Counted from the first letter of the stretch, positions 13,248 through 27,796 are shown. The stretch: DNA of 64,000 bases from Tubiluchus corallicola (GCA_030141605.1 JAQGDQ010002372.1:682001-746000), one strand, 5' to 3'. The notes: generated by a model from the sequence alone, not told the origin. Translations and numbers: made by a program.

Positions 13248-14420
13248 TACAGTTGTACCTCAGTTTTACGTAGATTTGTATCGTGAATTCGTTTAGCTAA
13301 CTTTTCGCTACATGAGTTTCAAGCTGGCATAACGTGAATGTATTCGAATACGCCGTTTTCTGCATGGTGAGCCAGTCGATGTTGGTAATGATATTTCAGT
13401 AAACTTCTACATAAAACGTTCAGAGAATGGATCGTAACAATTCAGTTTCAAGAAATCATAGTGACGAAAGTCATTAAACTTGCTAAGGGAAAGTCCGAAA
13501 CTATCTGTATAAGTATAAAGGATTCAGAAATAGACGTAACTTTGTAAATTAATTTTCAGAAGAAAAATGTGAAACGGTCCCTATTTTGGTTAGTGCAAGC
13601 CTAAAATCGCCAGCTATTCTCCAGAACTTTTGGTAACAATTCTGTAACGGGTGAACAAAATTTTTATTAAAATTTGTGCACTGAAGGAACTCACTTTTTC
13701 ACCCATTTGAGCGTGAAGTTCATTTCCCCACAGCAAATGCCAAACAGTACATTCTTCACATTGTTCTTATTCGCCCGTCTTGTTTATCTTCATTGACAAA
13801 GACTTTCATGCCAAATTAATTTAGCATTTTCACACACACACACACACAGTTCCTTGCAGGCCTGGGTGCAGAAAACGAGTCAATTTTCCGGATTGTTAGA
13901 GTTCTTCAGTCACAGCAGCACAGAGCAGTAAAGTACTCCTATACGGATATTTTATAAACCTTCTATTTTTTCGATTATCGCGACATTCAGAAATCCATTA
14001 GGTCGGTAACTAAAACCACATCAGCTCACCAAACATTACGATAACGGATCGTTTTTGGTTTCGTTTTTGCTAAAAACAAGTAGTGCCTTTTTGCGCGTTT
14101 ACGAAAGACGATTGACAGTGCTTATGCACACAATTACATTTGCATCATGGGCGTACTGCAGTAGGCATTTATCAAATATCTTGTAAGATAGCCTATGCCT
14201 AAAATTTCACACTTTGTACTAAGTCAATCATTTTGCAAACTATTTCACCTCTTATTTTGTATTAAATTAAGTGTTTATGCATCTAAGTCATATGCAGAAT
14301 AGCATACCAATGTTTGCGTCAGTTACATGCATAAAATGTATATTTGCTGAACCTTAACTAGGTTCAGTAGTGCAAAATGCTCGTTTGTGCTTAAATGAAG
14401 GTGATTATTATTATAATTAA
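13248..14420 (+). mobile_element. Highly degenerate Tigger-like DNA transposon relic
   Basis: Begins TA-CAGTTGTACCTC..., resembling Tigger TIR starts. Stop-ridden peptides (HGEPVDV, YKGFRNR, LFWLVQ) loosely resemble Tigger transposase. Right end not resolved. Confidence 0.3.
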
Positions 14421-14899
14421 ATTTACAATACTATTATTTTTATAAAGAGAAAGTAATGTGTGCACTTTTATTTTATCATAGCTTTTATGTGTATCTTTTT
14501 TGCTAGTTTAGAGCTTCATGCGAAACTTTAACAACTGGAACGTCATTTGACATTCTCAGAACACGACCAATCCACTTTGACTAGCATCTCCCAAGGACAA
14601 CATTGTTTTCCACTTTTGATGTTATTATGCAGGTCATTTAAAATTTTGTTTGACCATATTTTCATAATTTATAAGCGCCCTGGAAAGCATCAACTACTTT
14701 TTTGAGCAACTTTTACAGTCCACATTTGTGAATTGACAGAAAAGTACGCAGTTTAATTAAATGTAGATTGATTTTTTTTATCGGATTTTTATTTTCAAAC
14801 GACGATTTTGAAATAGGTTAACAATTCTCGAGTGTGCAGACAAAAGAGTTTATCAGATTTTAATTTTTAGGCACTCATATTGTGCATCCAAAATATTTC

Positions 14900-17405
14900 A
14901 TTTTTATAAGCGATACCCCTTCGCGTTGATCTCATTATTCTTCTGTTTCTTCTTCAACTGACCTCCTGTTTTTCATTTGATTTGTTCAAGTTTTTTTTTA
15001 TTTTTCTAAAATCCGCTCATCTTCGTTGGCATTCTGCGGCCAGAATGTCTGACAGTTATCTAAAAACCGTGTATTTATGTTCTTTAGTTAGAAAAGAAAA
15101 CAGAACGATTTCTCAAATCCCAACCCATTTTGAAATATACACTAAAATTCTAAAATATACACTTTGTTAATAGTAGTAATTACTAAAATGTTCCCAATAA
15201 TTAGTGCTAGCTTAGTAACCTAAAGAGAGGGAGAATTTTAAAGTACATCCCAAAGAACTTTCCATACAAAGTTACAATACGCCCACCTACTAGAAAGACT
15301 TACGTAATTGAAAAAGAAAATTCTGAATAGTTTATATTGTCATCGCAACACCTCGTAAAACGGCATTGCATTGCCATCCAAATGTGCACCACTGATTCAC
15401 CAAAAAACACACTATTGATCTTATTGACATCGTAAAGTGATTTACACCGTTGCTTAGTTAGCGAAGTTTGCGCTACGAATGCTGTGATTATTTTTCTCAA
15501 CCTTTACACAGTGTTATACAAACTTGTTTCAATTGACAAAGTTAAATTGGCTGTGTTAGTGGTAATCGCGGGAGTTTTAAATTTACTAGTTTTATGCAGC
15601 GTTAATGCAAACGCACGCCCTGTATGTAATAAGACAGCGTATAAGTGATATAAAGTTTTAAGACAATTTCTTAAGCTTTGTTTATGACAAGCGTTTTTTG
15701 TTTCAATTAACGGCCGGTGAGCGCAGTCATCACATTTCTCAGAAAGATCACTTATCAGTTATCACAATCAACATATAACAAAAGCAGGACAAATCCTTGT
15801 TTTGAATTGTTTTTGCATCTCGAAGCAAATACCAGAAAAATAAAAATGGAAGCACTTTATCATTTCCAAGAAATCGACTAAAGCAAATCTTTTCACTGTT
15901 TTAAATCTTGGAGGTTTGATGCAAATGTTATCCCATTTGTTTGCACCAATGAAAAAATATCACGTAATTCTACCCAAGCTAAAGCAGCTGTTAATGTTGA
16001 GGTTGGCACAGGGCTCGGCTATGAAATCAGGAGGTAAACACGGTTGGAATGTCCCTAAGCCGTCAATGCGTGGGAGGCCTAAACTTGAGCCGTTCAGAAA
16101 CCAGACCTTTTTGTGAACATTTTTCCCGAGTCGAAGACAAAGAAATTCCTTGCACATGAACTTCCTCTAGTTAAGTGACATTTTCGGCAATTACACCATT
16201 GTGAGTTTTTTCTTCCCGCGGGGCACAGCGCGCATGCAAGGCACACTTTTCATCTAAACTTGACAAGATACTGCTCGTGTGTGGGCCTCCATCCGTGCTA
16301 TTATCATTGCATATAAGAGCATTAACAGCCAATAACATATTATTCACGAATAAGGGTTGCTGCTGCTGCCACCGCTGCTGTTGTTGTTGTTTTTGCTGTT
16401 CAGATACTTGTTAATTTGTTTTCAAAAATATAATTTCAATGTGCTTTCAGAAACAAAGGACTATGTCGGACAGCAATTTAGAAAAAAATCATTAGAAGTA
16501 ATTCCACAAAATGGTCAATCGGGCGACGGTCAAACTTCTACAATAAACTTATACACACACATATATATAAACATGTTCATGAACCAATAACCTGACAGGT
16601 CATCAAAGAAAACATTAAAAAGTAAAACTGATGGCGTGCATCTTGCCGAATACCAGAGAATATTTGAAAATTATCAAAGAATATTGTCCATTGAAGTGAA
16701 ATACATAGCAAATGTGAAATATGCATAACGGCTTCGTAGTATATATAATTTGATTGATACCTAGTTTTACCAATACATTTGCAAGGTGCTTCTAAGCACT
16801 TTATCGAAAGCCTTTTCAAGGTCTATGATGGCAAAAAGTTTAATTTCAAGTTTCTGTGCAATTAAAATAATGAATCTGATCAACATATGATTCTTTGCAT
16901 TGATTTGTACGATTTGCAACTGGGGAAGTTGGGCTGACTTAAGTTCGCGTTGCAAATTACTAAAATCTTTGATAAGTTCTCTGCCTCTAAATGACATTGC
17001 CGATTTAACGTATCGCGACATATTTAAGGAAAACATTTAACTGCCTACCGACATATTCAGCAGCAGGTCGATCATTAGCGACTTGTTGGTTATTGATTTT
17101 ACTAGTTTTTGCAGTCTCTCGCAAAATGTGTTCAATATCGCAAATTAGAGCCTCAACTTCATTCTCACTACGTACATTCCATAACTGCACTACATCAACT
17201 TCTACGTAAGAAATGAGTTCATCTTCGTACAATTTAAAATTACATCGTTTAGGCTTCTCGCACCTCGCAACTCTGTACCGTCGCTATCGCAGTTTTCCGA
17301 GTAGTAAGTCCATCTTAAATTAGATAATTCGCGTGCAAACTGCCTCACAATCAAGTTATCAGCATCAATGTTACATATCATCATATTACCAGGTTGCACA
17401 AACAT
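14900..17405 (-). pseudogene. Decayed protein-coding sequence of unknown family; N-terminal part possibly death-fold (DED-like)
   Basis: Successive overlapping minus-strand ORFs 17405-17202, 17232-17005 and 17036-16767 have protein-like composition (FARELSNLRWTYY...LRGARSLNDVIL/KLYEDELISYVEVD...). Stop-interrupted coding-like stretches continue to about 14900. The family assignment is by eye only. Confidence 0.35.
16767..16850 (-). mobile_element. Short LINE reverse-transcriptase fragment
   Basis: KLFAIIDLEKAFDKVLRSTL matches the non-LTR RT motif (F/I)xDLEKAFD(R/K)V. Confidence 0.55.
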
Positions 17406-18030
17406 TTCGCACCGCGCATAATTACGTATGAACTAAAATCAAAATAAAATCATGGGTAGTATGAAAGCTCTAGTGGTCGTGCACTGGTTGAAACATTGGG
17501 TTTGCTTGGCTAATTATTCATAAAAATTGTACAGACGGTGTTGCAAAATACTACGAGTTAATAGCAACAAGTTCACAACTTTAAAAAATAAGTAGGAATC
17601 AAATTTGTTGCAATACTAGCTGTGCAATTAAAGCAACCGTTCTCTGTTTAAAGAATTTTTTAAATCAACAATCTTTAAAAATCTCAGTGCACTGTCTGTC
17701 TAACGAGACTCCATCAAAGTACCACTAAACGCTGCAGTTTATAGCTTCAATCGCTAGTCTTTTAATCATGACTCTATGTTTAAATTATTTCTATATAGTA
17801 GAGCCTTGCCGGCATTGGTACTCTAGGATCTAAATTTTGCCAAACATGCAAGTTTGCTTTCCTGCATACTCGCGCCACCTAGATAAAGTCTTAACAGTCA
17901 GTTAGCGGAGTAGAGCAACTGGGTAGAATTCATAAAATATTATGCAGTATATGTGGGTGCCATAATAGCCACCTGTCAATAATAATAAACTTCTGTTTAA
18001 AAAGAAACGAAACAGTCGTCGATCAGCGGT

Positions 18031-21000
18031 ATGAAAGCCACTTTACTGGTAATCATTTTTGCGTTAGTGAGCGATATTTTCGCGTATCCAAGCGGAGCAC
18101 CTGTAGAACAATGCGAGCAAATGACCCCAGATGCTACTTTACATGGAGCGCAGCCAAGTGACGATCCGACTCCATACACAATTGAGACATCCGTATCGAC
18201 ATATAAACCGGGCGACCAGGTAACAGGTAAGTTTTATATATGTATGTGAGTCCAGCGCCTGATAAACTGAGGCAGTCTATGAGCATTGACTTAACCATTT
18301 TAGCAGCAAAGTAATAATTATTATAATTGTGATCCTAACGTAAAAAAATCGCTATTGCAAATAATATCGTCCACATATGTTCTCAATCGCTGCCTCCGCA
18401 ATACACTTTCGACGCTAGAAACTACGAACTGAATTATTCTACTCCCTTTTTGTGTGGTTGCCATACGCGATGAAGTGCAATAGCGTCAATATTATTAAGT
18501 TAGGTAGAGATCTCATAGTTTCGCAAAGTTAATAGGTATCATCGAATAAAAAATTACTTATGTGGTAGAACCGGTGCTATAAGCAATATTTTTGCTAGTT
18601 CATACTTTTTAACTTCCAAGGTTCTTGAATTTCCCCTTGGACAGCAAAAACATTCGTCACAATTTTCTAGAATTTCGCAAAATTCCAAATCACATACTGT
18701 TTGTAATTTTGTAAATACGCTGCAGTATGTTCAGTTGCTGTATTTCCCATGAAATTTCCCATGTGAACTCGATATCACGGAAATGATTTGACGTGAAAGG
18801 AGAACGTCAGCACCCAACAGACATTATGATCAGCTAAGATAATCAGTACAGTATAATTCCATCCAATGTGGAAAATCATTGGTCTAGGCTTTAGAGTTAG
18901 TCAATGTTAGTCTGATTGCTACTGAAAGCGAGCCTTTCAAAAAAACTTATATTGAGCTATACTGCAAACAAGATATAAAGTGTCTAGCAGTTAAACTCAC
19001 AGCATTAATATACGATATGAACTACTAAACTAAAATACAAAAATTGGTACAGATATAGCCATGCATCACAGATGTCAGCCATGTAACTAGTGCTACATCT
19101 TGTAAAGTACTTAATGTTAATCATTTGCTGCATGGGTAATGTGAACAGCTGTTGAAACTACATAATTAACGATGGAATCGTTTAATTAACAAATATACTA
19201 AAATATTGGAAGGAGTTTACCACCCCCTTGCAGTTTAAATACATTAAACCTATCCTAATCCGCTTCACGAACTAATTTCTTGTGTGGAGAATTGTAAATT
19301 TTAGCGGAAATATTTATTGATTTTCACTAACAAATGCTTAAAAAATGTTAGCATAAATTGCACAAATAACAATTGTAATTTATTGTTGGTCAGATTTTGC
19401 GTTTTACCATGTTTTAAAGGAAAACATTTACAATACAGGAGTACAAGACTGCCAGCGCAACTATATAAAAAATAATTATAACAGAATTTGAACTGGGAAG
19501 CAGGACTGATACGTGTCTGTAGGCTAATGAATAGGGCAGCAGAATTTTACACTAGAGAAAAATAGTGCAGTCGACTGAAGGGAAACAGAAAACATATAGC
19601 TCATATACTGAAAAAGTCATCATCTCAAAGCTCCTCTTGTCCTTTAATTCTTATGTAGGAAAGAATTAAAAAAATATTAGACTCAAAGTGCGTAATGTAG
19701 GTGGCAACAGCAATAATAGTACGGAATTAATTAGTATAATAGGTTGAAAATATAAAATAATATTACGTAAAATATAAAAACCAAGATATCATTGATATGA
19801 CAGGCGATACGACATTGTAATTTCATTAAAATGGCATGTAGGCTACTCTACATTTGTACTGCATATTACCTGTAATAGGCCAAGGAACAGGGTGGACCCC
19901 ACCACTTCATGTTGAAGTGGTCATTTATCAAATAAGAACTAACTCAACCAATCAACCCAGGACAAATAAACAGCATTCACCGAGACCTACGCAAACATCA
20001 TGCCACATACAAGATTAGTGTGTTTAATTGGGACAGTACACATAAACACATGGTTAAACAGTTAAATGTCGTCTCTACGCTAGACAAAAATTAACATGTC
20101 TGTTAATGTTAACCTTAAATTGGACACGAAAATTTGGTACGTATTAAGCTAAAATGAATAAAAATATTATATACGGAAGTGCCTGAAATGCACGACAAAC
20201 CTATAGGTCAACAACTTAAGGAAAGAGAAGTTTTATATACATGTAGTTAAAAAATCTACAAATTATATTTGATAGAGGTGGCTCATTTTCATTGAAGCAG
20301 TTATATAAAAACTTTTCTTGCAACAGTTCCAAAAAATGGTTGGCATGAATAACTGTTGGTCACGATGTTAACAAACATGTATGAAAGAGAGAAAGAGAGA
20401 GTAAGCACTAGCACGTTTATTGTATTTCCCCATTCAAGCCAACTAGCACTCCTAGGAAGGGTACTGGCTACACAACAAAGAAATGTTCATCTAAAAAAAG
20501 TAACAGAGAAGACATGATTCCAAAAGAACATATCCCTCATATAAATGCATTTTATTTGTAGCTTTGATTATGACAACTCAAAGCACAGAATACTAAATTA
20601 ACTTCAAAAAATATTTTCAGTAACATGCCAGAAATGTCAATCAAAAATTAATATTACGAGCGTTAGTTCCACTACTATCTATATTGATTTTATAAGGAAA
20701 ACGATTTTTTATTCTTTGAACTCTTAAGTTTTAGCATCTCTTTTGCAGTTACGATCAAAGGAACTTTCAAAGGATTTATGCTGCAAGCAAGAGATACTGC
20801 AGAAACTCGGGTAGGCGAGTTCAGTGACTTTCCCACCGAGACACAGAAGAGAGACTGTGACAATGGTGGACATTACATTACACATAAAGACAACAATGAC
20901 AAAACAGATCTGGAGTTTGTATGGACTGCTCCAAACAATGGTCCTGAAAAAATCACATTTGTGTAAGTAAAAAACTATGATTTTTAGCACCGCATACTTA

Positions 21001-23318
21001 TAGCTGATCTTAGCACAATAACATATTTACAATAGACTAAACGAATCAAAGCATCAAAAACACATGGTACTGATCACTGCAACAAACAGAAGAAATTGCA
21101 AGAGAATGCTGTATTTATGGAAAATTAGTCTAGAATTTTTTCCCTGGTAAACTAAAAACCGAGTAGTGTATATTCAGTGTAGTGAAAACTAGCACAAGAA
21201 ATTAATAGCCCTTTCACAAGTACTATTACCAAGCCTGCAATATACTTTTGTAGGCACTGACGAAAAGGCTCTGCAAGATTAAGCCACTGTGTTCACAGTT
21301 CAGTGATGGTGAAGTGCAGCACCACTTACAGAGAGACATATTTGTGTTATTACATTCACAAATAAAGAACTTCAGAACCTGCATATTACTGTCTACGATC
21401 CTGTAGTATGCTAATTATGAACATCAGCGTTCATTATTATGTAATTTTGCAAAGAAAAAGAAAATTTTGCAATGAATAGAATTTGCAACAGGGCAAAATA
21501 CTGTACTGTTGCAAAATATCTTGTTCTGAGCCACTACTATCATGCCACTACTTGTTTTGAGCTTATTTCTCCTTTCTGTACTGCATTTATTTTAATACTC
21601 TACACAACATACATAGCAATAGTAATACTTGTAGTACTGTATTCCACCCTTTCAAGCAATCTATAATAATTTATTAACAAATTTGTGTATCACCTTAAAC
21701 AAAGTGTATCACATTTCAAACATACAATAACGTAATTACTTGTAATGCAGTGACATCTGAAGAGAAAGTTTGTAAAATATTGCAAGTTATGAATGAAGAG
21801 AGACAAGGGTAAAGGTTTAGTATTGTGAAGGAGGAGTGAAACGGTAGAGGGATAATGGTGGCTGATAAACATATTTCTGATTATAATTCTACTTATTACA
21901 GTGCCACAGTAGTGCAAGAGAAAACCAAGTTTTGGGTAAAGGTACAATCAGATGAAGTGCTAAAAGACACCTCAGAAGACGTAGTCATCAGTTTTGAAAC
22001 CTGCGGTAAAACAAGTGGCTGCTTTCGCTATGGGGAAAAAGATTGCACACCAAGCACATGTCAGAAAGCAACCGTATACACAGCTGACACTGATGACGTT
22101 ACAATACAAATGACAGGGAAAGCTGAGGGCTGGATAGGAATGGGGTTTTCTGAAGACAACACTATGGTGAGTAGTGCCTAAAAATTCGAATATTTTTCAA
22201 CTGATACTTCTGATATTCCATTAGAAAAGTATCCAAATATTTTGGCTATCATGTGACAGCTGTCTTTTCCATGCCTATTACAGCATGCCCCAGTAGACAA
22301 GGAAACAGTCTACTTGTAGAATTTTCCGCTTTTTCCTATACATTTCCTTATGCTATGGTAAAATAGCATTTCTTGCATTGCATTGTTTTCAGGTCGATCA
22401 ATGGGTGTATACTATTGAATATTTTGCAGCATTTGTTCGAGTTTCTATATGCGATATTACAATTTCACTCTAAACTTAAAACTGTGGTTATAGGGTGAAG
22501 ACGATGTGTACGTATGTGTTCTTGAAAATGACGTGGTAAGGGTAGACCACTATTGGAATCCTGGTGGACATACCAGAAGTGAATTACAGACAAATAACGA
22601 AGTCACCAATGTCAAAGCAAATTATGCGGATGGAAGAATCAACTGTCAGTTTACGAAAAGTCTTACTAGCACCATCAATGATATGAATTATGATTTAAGT
22701 AAACCATGGTACCATCTTCATCCATGGGGAGATGAAATTGACTCAGGTAAGTACAAGAATGAAGAACTCAAAAAAGAATGAAAGTTAAACTTATCTAAGG
22801 TATAAACAGATTTTGATAAATTACTTTGCAGCAGCTTATAGTAACAGAAATTTTAATTGGCACTTAAATAGGCTACTAAACTACATACTTGAAATTGAAG
22901 TTTCAACACTTTCTGTTTCTGCTCAATTAGGCAGTAATGTAGTAAATGAAAGCACAGTTCTCACAATCTTCTGACTGAGTTGGACTAGTTCCTCTAAAAA
23001 GGAAAGCAATCGTTTACCAATTTTTTTTAATACTAAAGTAGCCCAACATCTTTGCATTTGAAGCTGAGTAACAAACCGATGGATTTATTAAAATTGTTTG
23101 TATATATAAAAACAACTGCTTTTTCAGATGGCAGAATACTCCGCCACAAGCCCGACCATCCTCCAACTTCCAGTGAGCAACGAACAATATCGAACAAAGA
23201 TAATGAAATTATAGATTCAGGAGCAAGAATCTATCATGGTTCTATTTGCACTGCATTATGCTTAACTATAGTCAGCATTGTCTTTCCTTCATTCTCATCA
23301 TATCTTGATAATTTTTAA
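18031..23318 (+). CDS. Secreted/membrane-anchored Reeler + DOMON domain protein (FRRS1/SDR2 / putative defense protein family, no cytochrome b561 domain), 372 aa
   Basis: Exons 18031-18226, 20749-20962, 21902-22166, 22494-22746 and 23128-23318 splice in frame (1119 nt). Signal peptide MKATLLVIIFALVSDIFA. Reeler motifs YPSGAP..C..MTP..HG, FKGFMLQAR, ITH..NNDK, WTAP, ATVVQ...FWV. Linker CGKTSGCF. DOMON motifs GWIGMGFSEDNTMGEDDVYVC and DGRINCQF. Hydrophobic C-terminus. Confidence 0.92.
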
Positions 23319-24013
23319 GGACATTATGTCATGCAGAAGGTAACACTGCTGACAGCAGGTACATACTACTGAATAGTGGTGAGTGATATGCTGACATAAT
23401 CTCAGTTAGAAGCAATTTAAACGAGTGTTACTTAAGCTAGCGTAGCTGCAATGATGGGAACATGAAACTTTTGTTATTTTGATTGTTATGACAATTATGT
23501 TACGATAACCTCATTTTTAGTCTTAAAACATAGTTGAAAAGGTATGTAAAGTAGAATAAACAAGCAGACTAAAAGAGTCGTTAAATAAAATTAATGGATG
23601 ATGAACTTACTGTTAATTTTTGTTCTAAATTTTTATTTGAAGATTGTTATAACACAGAATTTTAAATATTACCTGCTGTAAGTGACACATTTTAGGTACG
23701 AATATAATTGGATTAAGTAAATGAAATACAAACACTTACTGAAAAGTTCTGACCTATCATTTTTCACTATCCCTTATTCATTGATGCGAATATTTATAGT
23801 TGCTCATAGTTCTTTGTCCATGGGTTTCTTTATTCATTCACAAAATGTATGGTAGCAAACAAATAAAACTTATTGCAAACGGTAATCTGATTAATGAATG
23901 CTGACGAAACATGTCAACACAATTGGCACAGCCAGAGAGTTCAGGCATTTGATATCATACTAAAAACAAACTTACAAAATTAATTACTAAATGTCACTAA
24001 ACAATCACATTTA

Positions 24014-27000
24014 TCAACTTCCCAATTCATCGCACACATCTTCATTAGAATACTGCACTGATGATGGTTTAATAAACTTCCCTTGTATGAAGACACGTGG
24101 TACTCTTAAACCCTCTTTTTTGTTGATGGTTTCTCTGAGCAAATATTCATTCACAGACTCTAAGAAGTTGACAGAGGTAAACAGGGTCGCAATAACTTCT
24201 GCAATGAATCATAAACTTGAATAAACAAAGGTGCCATTGCAATGTTTTGCTATAACAGCCTTTAACTATTCACGATTAGTTTCACATCTGAGGTGATCAA
24301 GTAATCATCCTACTTCATTAAGCTTATTCAGCAGGACTATGCAGACAGAGTGCTAAGTTACAAGTATAAAAATGGGAGGTCTAAATACATGTGACTAGAT
24401 GCTAATATAGTTTATGATGACAAATGTGGTGAATTTCTAAATTCTTCGTATAATAAAATTTAAGATTACGAAATAAAAAAACAACATCCAGAAATCTGAT
24501 ACCACACAACATGCCAGTTATACGGATTAATATCATGGAAATTGCATTTTGTCAGAAAAACTTTGACATTCATAAAGTTTTGGTATCACACCTTACCCAA
24601 GCTACCGAATTTGGACGTGTCATGATGGAAAATCATAACAATCAATATTACACTTCATTATAAAAAATGAAAGCCTTACATACATTACCCTTAGAAAAAT
24701 AGTAGACGCGAGTACCATCTTGACGAACATAAAAGTTCTCGGCTAGTTTGTGACCAGAGCTGAATCTCAATTGAGCATAATCATACAGACCATAATCACG
24801 AAAAAGCAAGCAGCCACCTGGCTTTAAAACCTACATAAAAATGTCTTTATAACATTTACAAACAGCTACCCCTATATTACAATGAAAAAATGGTGCATGT
24901 GTAACAGGTTATGCTTCAAATTTATATTTCAATTACTACATTTCCAGGTATTTTGCACTTACATAAATTTTATCTACTGGATGACCTTACCACTAAGAGC
25001 CCATTTCTAGCACCTGACTACGTTATAGGATAGATAATACATAATACAGTATAGATAGACATTAAAAAAGAATACTAGGCATTTACCATTAAAACACAAA
25101 AATATTTTGAACTATCTAATTTCCATTCTATCTAATTTGTATTCCAAACGAGAGTTTTCTTTCAAAATGAGACAATAAGTTCAACTGCAAGAAGGGTCTT
25201 ACCTGAAATAAATTTTTCAAGACAGAAAGCATCTTGTTGGGGTGAATAGCTGATAGCACAAATATCATTGTGATAATATCTAAGCTGTTTGCAGGAATTT
25301 CTTCTGTTAGTGAAGTGGATGTCAAATCACACTCAAATGCATAAATCTTTGCTTCATTATACAGAGGATTTTCCTAAAAAAAAGGCTAATTAGCAGAATG
25401 TAAAACTTTCTCCCACCGATGGACAACTTGTCTGAGTCAGGTTTTCAAAAAAGCAGCTTGAGGTGGGATTTTGACAGACTATTTAAGGTCAATAAACTTA
25501 TGAGGCCACTTGAATCCTAAAGCTTACAAACTAATAGTGTCATACCTAACACAAACTGTAGCCTCTGTTTCTAGAGAACTGATTAATTAGAATGGGACAC
25601 GTAGCAAAAAGAAGCAGCAACTTTAGCTAGTCATCATTAAAGCTAATGCTTACTGAAATGCAAAATAATGATGTATAGATAGTTGACATCAGCAACTAAG
25701 CACAATTTATAGAGGTAAAAGTTTTTTGTTATTTCAAAACTCTTAAACAGTTTTCAAATGATATTAATTACAAGATTACTCATTATATGCACATACATAT
25801 TATATAACTATACATGCATTAGCATACAATAACACAAAACCTTTAACTCTCTTATAAATACTTTTGTTTTATGCCTCAAAATAATTCATTTATCAACAGA
25901 ATCTATGAGCTACATATAGGCCTACTTAAAGAATTGATATGTAATTTTAACATACTGCAGTAATCTACATAATGTTAAGATTCCTTTCCTCAACATCCAA
26001 GATCTCTAGCTCATATAACACCCAGAGTGGCACCGCTAAGAATAAGGTCCATATAAGTCTAGCGGCTACTGAGTATTGATGTGATGCCTTCATGTAAGAC
26101 ATTGTGAAACTTAGACAATAAATCCCTACTTTAGCAATTTCATCCTCAAATCAGCAATCATAGACCACCATTACAAGTACTTTACCTACCTTGACAAATT
26201 TAACAGCTCGTGGAGAAAGATCACAGGCATAGATGAATAAATCTAGCCCATCTTGAAGAAGTGGAAATATCAAGTTGCCAACTCCACAGCCAACTTCTAA
26301 AAGTGAATTCCTAGAAGAATTGTCCTGAAAATAATGTACAAAAAGATCTGTTATTATTAGCACACTTAGCACACAAAGTTGTTTGTTTAGTAAAATTAAA
26401 CTGATAGATGTATGTGTCTACTGTCTAGTATCTAAAATGATCTGCTAAACAGTAAATAGATCACTATTCATTACTACCTAAAAAGAAATAACACCACTTC
26501 TAGTTACTGTACAGATGTTTTTCTGAGATTACATTTATCTTGTTTCCAGTAAACTATAAGCAAAAGCTATTTTTCTAATAAAAAATTGACGACATCAAAT
26601 GGATCACAACTCACTGTCACTTATGACCTAAGATATCTCAAGCGCAAATATTGCTTTAACAACACTTTACAATACATTAAAAATTATTACATCACAAGCC
26701 TAATTTTGTTAGTTTTTCAATATCACACCAACTGACATGATTGCAGCAATTTGTACGTTAATAATGCCTGTTTTTCAGATTCGTGAGGTAAGATTGACAG
26801 ACACCCAGATAACTATAAAATCAAAGTTCGAAGTTCTAGAAAGCCTAGTTAAAAGTGAATGTTAGCCAAACAAAAAATTTAAAATTTGATATTGTAAATT
26901 CAAAATTTGCCAAGTTTTTATGTTTTACTATCAATGCGATGCAGCAATGTCATATTGCAGTCTTCCCTTTCATAAATTTCAGCGAAAAGCACATAAAAGA

Positions 27001-27796
27001 TTTGCGACTCCGGAAAATTATACCAAATTGCAATGTCTTCATTATTGGCACAACTGCTAATTAAATCTTTAAACTAATATTTAAATATAAAAAGTACTTT
27101 GGACTTTTAGAAGATTATTATAAGTAATTAAACACAAAATTAAGCATGTATTTTAGATCATAACTTAAAAACAACTATGATTTAAAAGACTATCTTACTG
27201 TACTTAACGTTAAAACTTCAGATATAAGGTTAAACTCTGTGTTAAAGGAAGTCACATTTTGTTTATACCTTTATCTCTAATTACAAACCTGACCAAAAAA
27301 TAATGTTAATGACATTATCTATATAAAAAAAACTACACCAAGATGTTGCAACATACAATACTTATTATAACACTAATGAGTTTGTGCATGAACTATTAAG
27401 AACCAAGACTTCTGCCAACAAAGTTAGCAAAAATTTGATGAATCTCTTGTTACCAGAAAGACATCACACTATCAAGACAACACTCTCTATAGGCTTAGTG
27501 CAGCTTTTACGAAGGCTGCCTACCTTTTTTGAAGGACCAAGTAATTCTTTGAATTCTCTGGTTGTCCAGTGTCTGTCTTTGAAAAATTTGGTAGAATTTC
27601 TTTTGTAAAAAATGTCCCAGTGTCGTTTAGCATCCTGTTCGAGTTTTTTCTGCTTGAATTGTGAAACAATGGTTTTATCACTTCTGAGCTTTAGCAGCTC
27701 AGCTTCTGATAAAACTCTGGCACTGCTAGGAAAATCCTGGCCCTTCAACTCAGTAAAAAAGGCAGGAATATTGTTTTCTTTGAAATGTTCAGCCAT
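24014..27796 (-). CDS. METTL6: tRNA N3-methylcytidine methyltransferase METTL6, 5 coding exons, 301 aa
   Basis: Exons 27796-27524, 26324-26190, 25373-25203, 24830-24689 and 24198-24014 join in frame (906 nt). Motifs [33 protein letters not shown] (SAM binding), [70 protein letters not shown]. An acceptor at about 27811 implies an upstream non-coding exon. Confidence 0.95.

Noticed and set aside
15916-16116. Plus-strand 66-aa ORF as an independent small gene
   Set aside because: TTG start, no motif or splice support; it overlaps the decayed minus-strand coding-like region.
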